DNA of 64,000 nucleotides, from NCBI RefSeq assembly GCF_964355755.1, contig NC_092676.1, forward strand, positions 23,640,871 through 23,704,870, read 5' to 3'. A program made the position numbers and the translations under genes. Positions 62,287-64,000 of this stretch are shown one piece after another. Position 1 is the first letter of the stretch. Each line of letters opens with the position of its first letter. The stretch is from Antedon mediterranea. Its lineage: Eukaryota; Animalia; Echinodermata. The notes below the pieces were generated by a model that saw only the letters and a list, made by a program, of their open reading frames with translations, did not search any database and had not been told where the DNA came from.

Positions 62287-64000
62287 CTGAAAAATAAAAA
62301 TTAAATTAAAAAACATTATTTAATATTATGTAATATATTTAATTTATTCTGAAATTGAAATTTTGGACAGTCATCTCTGCAAAGGGTCAAATAATTATTT
62401 GGTCAGCAAGACAAATATTTTGTTACCTATTTACCAAAGTGATCTAATGAACAAAAAACACACTGAATTAATAGCTCTTATCAAAAAATGAAAATGATAA
62501 CCCCTTAAATACCATAGGCATAAAAAAAAAAATGTGCGATGTATGTTACCATAGCTGTCAACTATTTTTAAAACTCCCAAACAAAAAATTATTTGCTTTT
62601 TCCCTTGTTGGCAATATTTCAACACATAAACTTCCAATTAATATCTAGGGTCTTAAAAAATAACCATAACGCAGTTTCATCAAATTAAAGAGGTTGTCAA
62701 GGGCTTTATATAACCAACACACTATTCCAGTCTCATAAACTGGTCATAAGGCAGAGAGTTGGCCCAATATAACGATCAAATCTCAGCGCTATAGTAGACC
62801 CATAAAAAGAAACCGAGACCTAGTTATGATAAGTAGATGGTAACTTTAATAATATTTCATAGGCATACACTTACTTCTATAATAACTACAATATTTCTTT
62901 CACATATTATCCTGTTAAAGTTCACTGAATGCACACACTCATATTTACCTTGTTTGGTATAACCAGATGCAAATTGGGTAGGCTACACCCTTCTTCTCAC
63001 CCCTGAACACAATGACACCCCGAAACCTACAATTTTGACAACCTACCAACAAAGATTACTATTGACAAAGCTATGATAGACGCCTTGTTTTGACATCTGC
63101 TTACATTGTTATACCTCCAAGCCAAAAATGCATTCATCCAAACGCATGTGTACTCAAAATACTACGCAAATAGTCAAGCAAATTATTGTTATTGTCGTCT
63201 TAATTATAATCCAGCTCTTGTTACAAACGTCTGCGATTTCTTTACAGAATGCTTTAACATCCAAAAAGTCTTGTATTTCAACACAACAATATAAGATAGG
63301 TTTTATAACACTTGGGAATTTGAATAATATAAATAGAACTTATAAATGAAGAAACTTTCTTTCTATATTTATTAATGACGTGGTTTTAAAAAGAGTGTTA
63401 ACTTTTGAAGACATTTTTTTCCCGTAGACTGTTTTTTATTATCTTAGTTGATTGTATCATTCTGAAGCAAAAATTAAAAATCAGATCATTCTTCTAGATT
63501 ACCTTTGTTCATTAATTTTCTTTTGACGGTTTCAGTCTCACTGAAAATATTTTCTTAAAAAAAGGAAAGTGTAGAGCAATATTAAAATTTACACTGTATT
63601 TCTCTGCAATTTCTTTTATAGGTCAAGGGTTAGTTTGCGATATTCATTCATCATTTGTCACTATTATAGTTTATGTCACATTTAAAGTGCTTAACGACAC
63701 ATGACATTTCAAACCGCATCCAGGGTATGTGAACATTTTGTTTTTAGTAGACAATGAATGTTAAGAAGCAGAAAAGGAAGTAAAACTTTCTAAATAATCT
63801 TGCACACATTTGTTTTAGCAAAAAGCAACACAGGATTTGAACACTGGATTCTCTGTATTGTAGGCAAGCATGTAAACACTAAGCTGTGTACCAATCAGCA
63901 TTTATCAATAATTTTTTCAACAGAATATATTGAAAGAACAATTGGTAATTTTTTTTTATACGCATCAACAGCGAGCGGGATTGGAGTTGGAAAAGTCGTG

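Overview
AT-rich, intron-containing animal genomic DNA. It is an invertebrate, and the Deu/Nin-type SINEs suggest a deuterostome such as an echinoderm (inference only). Manual GT-AG exon assembly gives four complete + strand genes: MRPS9 (2956-9964, 10 exons, 393 aa), a divergent myristoylated calcineurin-B/CIB-like EF-hand protein (11047-13445, 181 aa), an MPP8/MPHOSPH8 homologue with chromodomain, ankyrin repeats and C-terminal domain (14613-23794, ~1148 aa), and CCT8 (27516-33957, 14 exons, 545 aa). Two - strand single-pass membrane protein genes follow: an unrecognised PPxY-rich protein (47872-42658) and the 3' part of an EVA1C/eva-1-like gene (62286-51902, 5' end outside the window). Introns and intergenic DNA carry many MITEs (several with TTAA target duplications, Kolobok-like), tRNA-derived SINEs, a LINE remnant, minisatellites and a ~2.7 kb higher-order satellite built entirely of palindromes. 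The most notable observations are: a 24-copy array of the MPP8 exon-11 splice donor; a candidate H/ACA snoRNA duplicated together with its whole host intron inside CCT8; an intact invertebrate HUSH-type MPP8; the palindromic satellite; and TAGGCCTA clusters in the first intron of each + strand gene. There is no CRISPR, prophage or other prokaryotic system. All homology calls are from memory of the families, not from searches.
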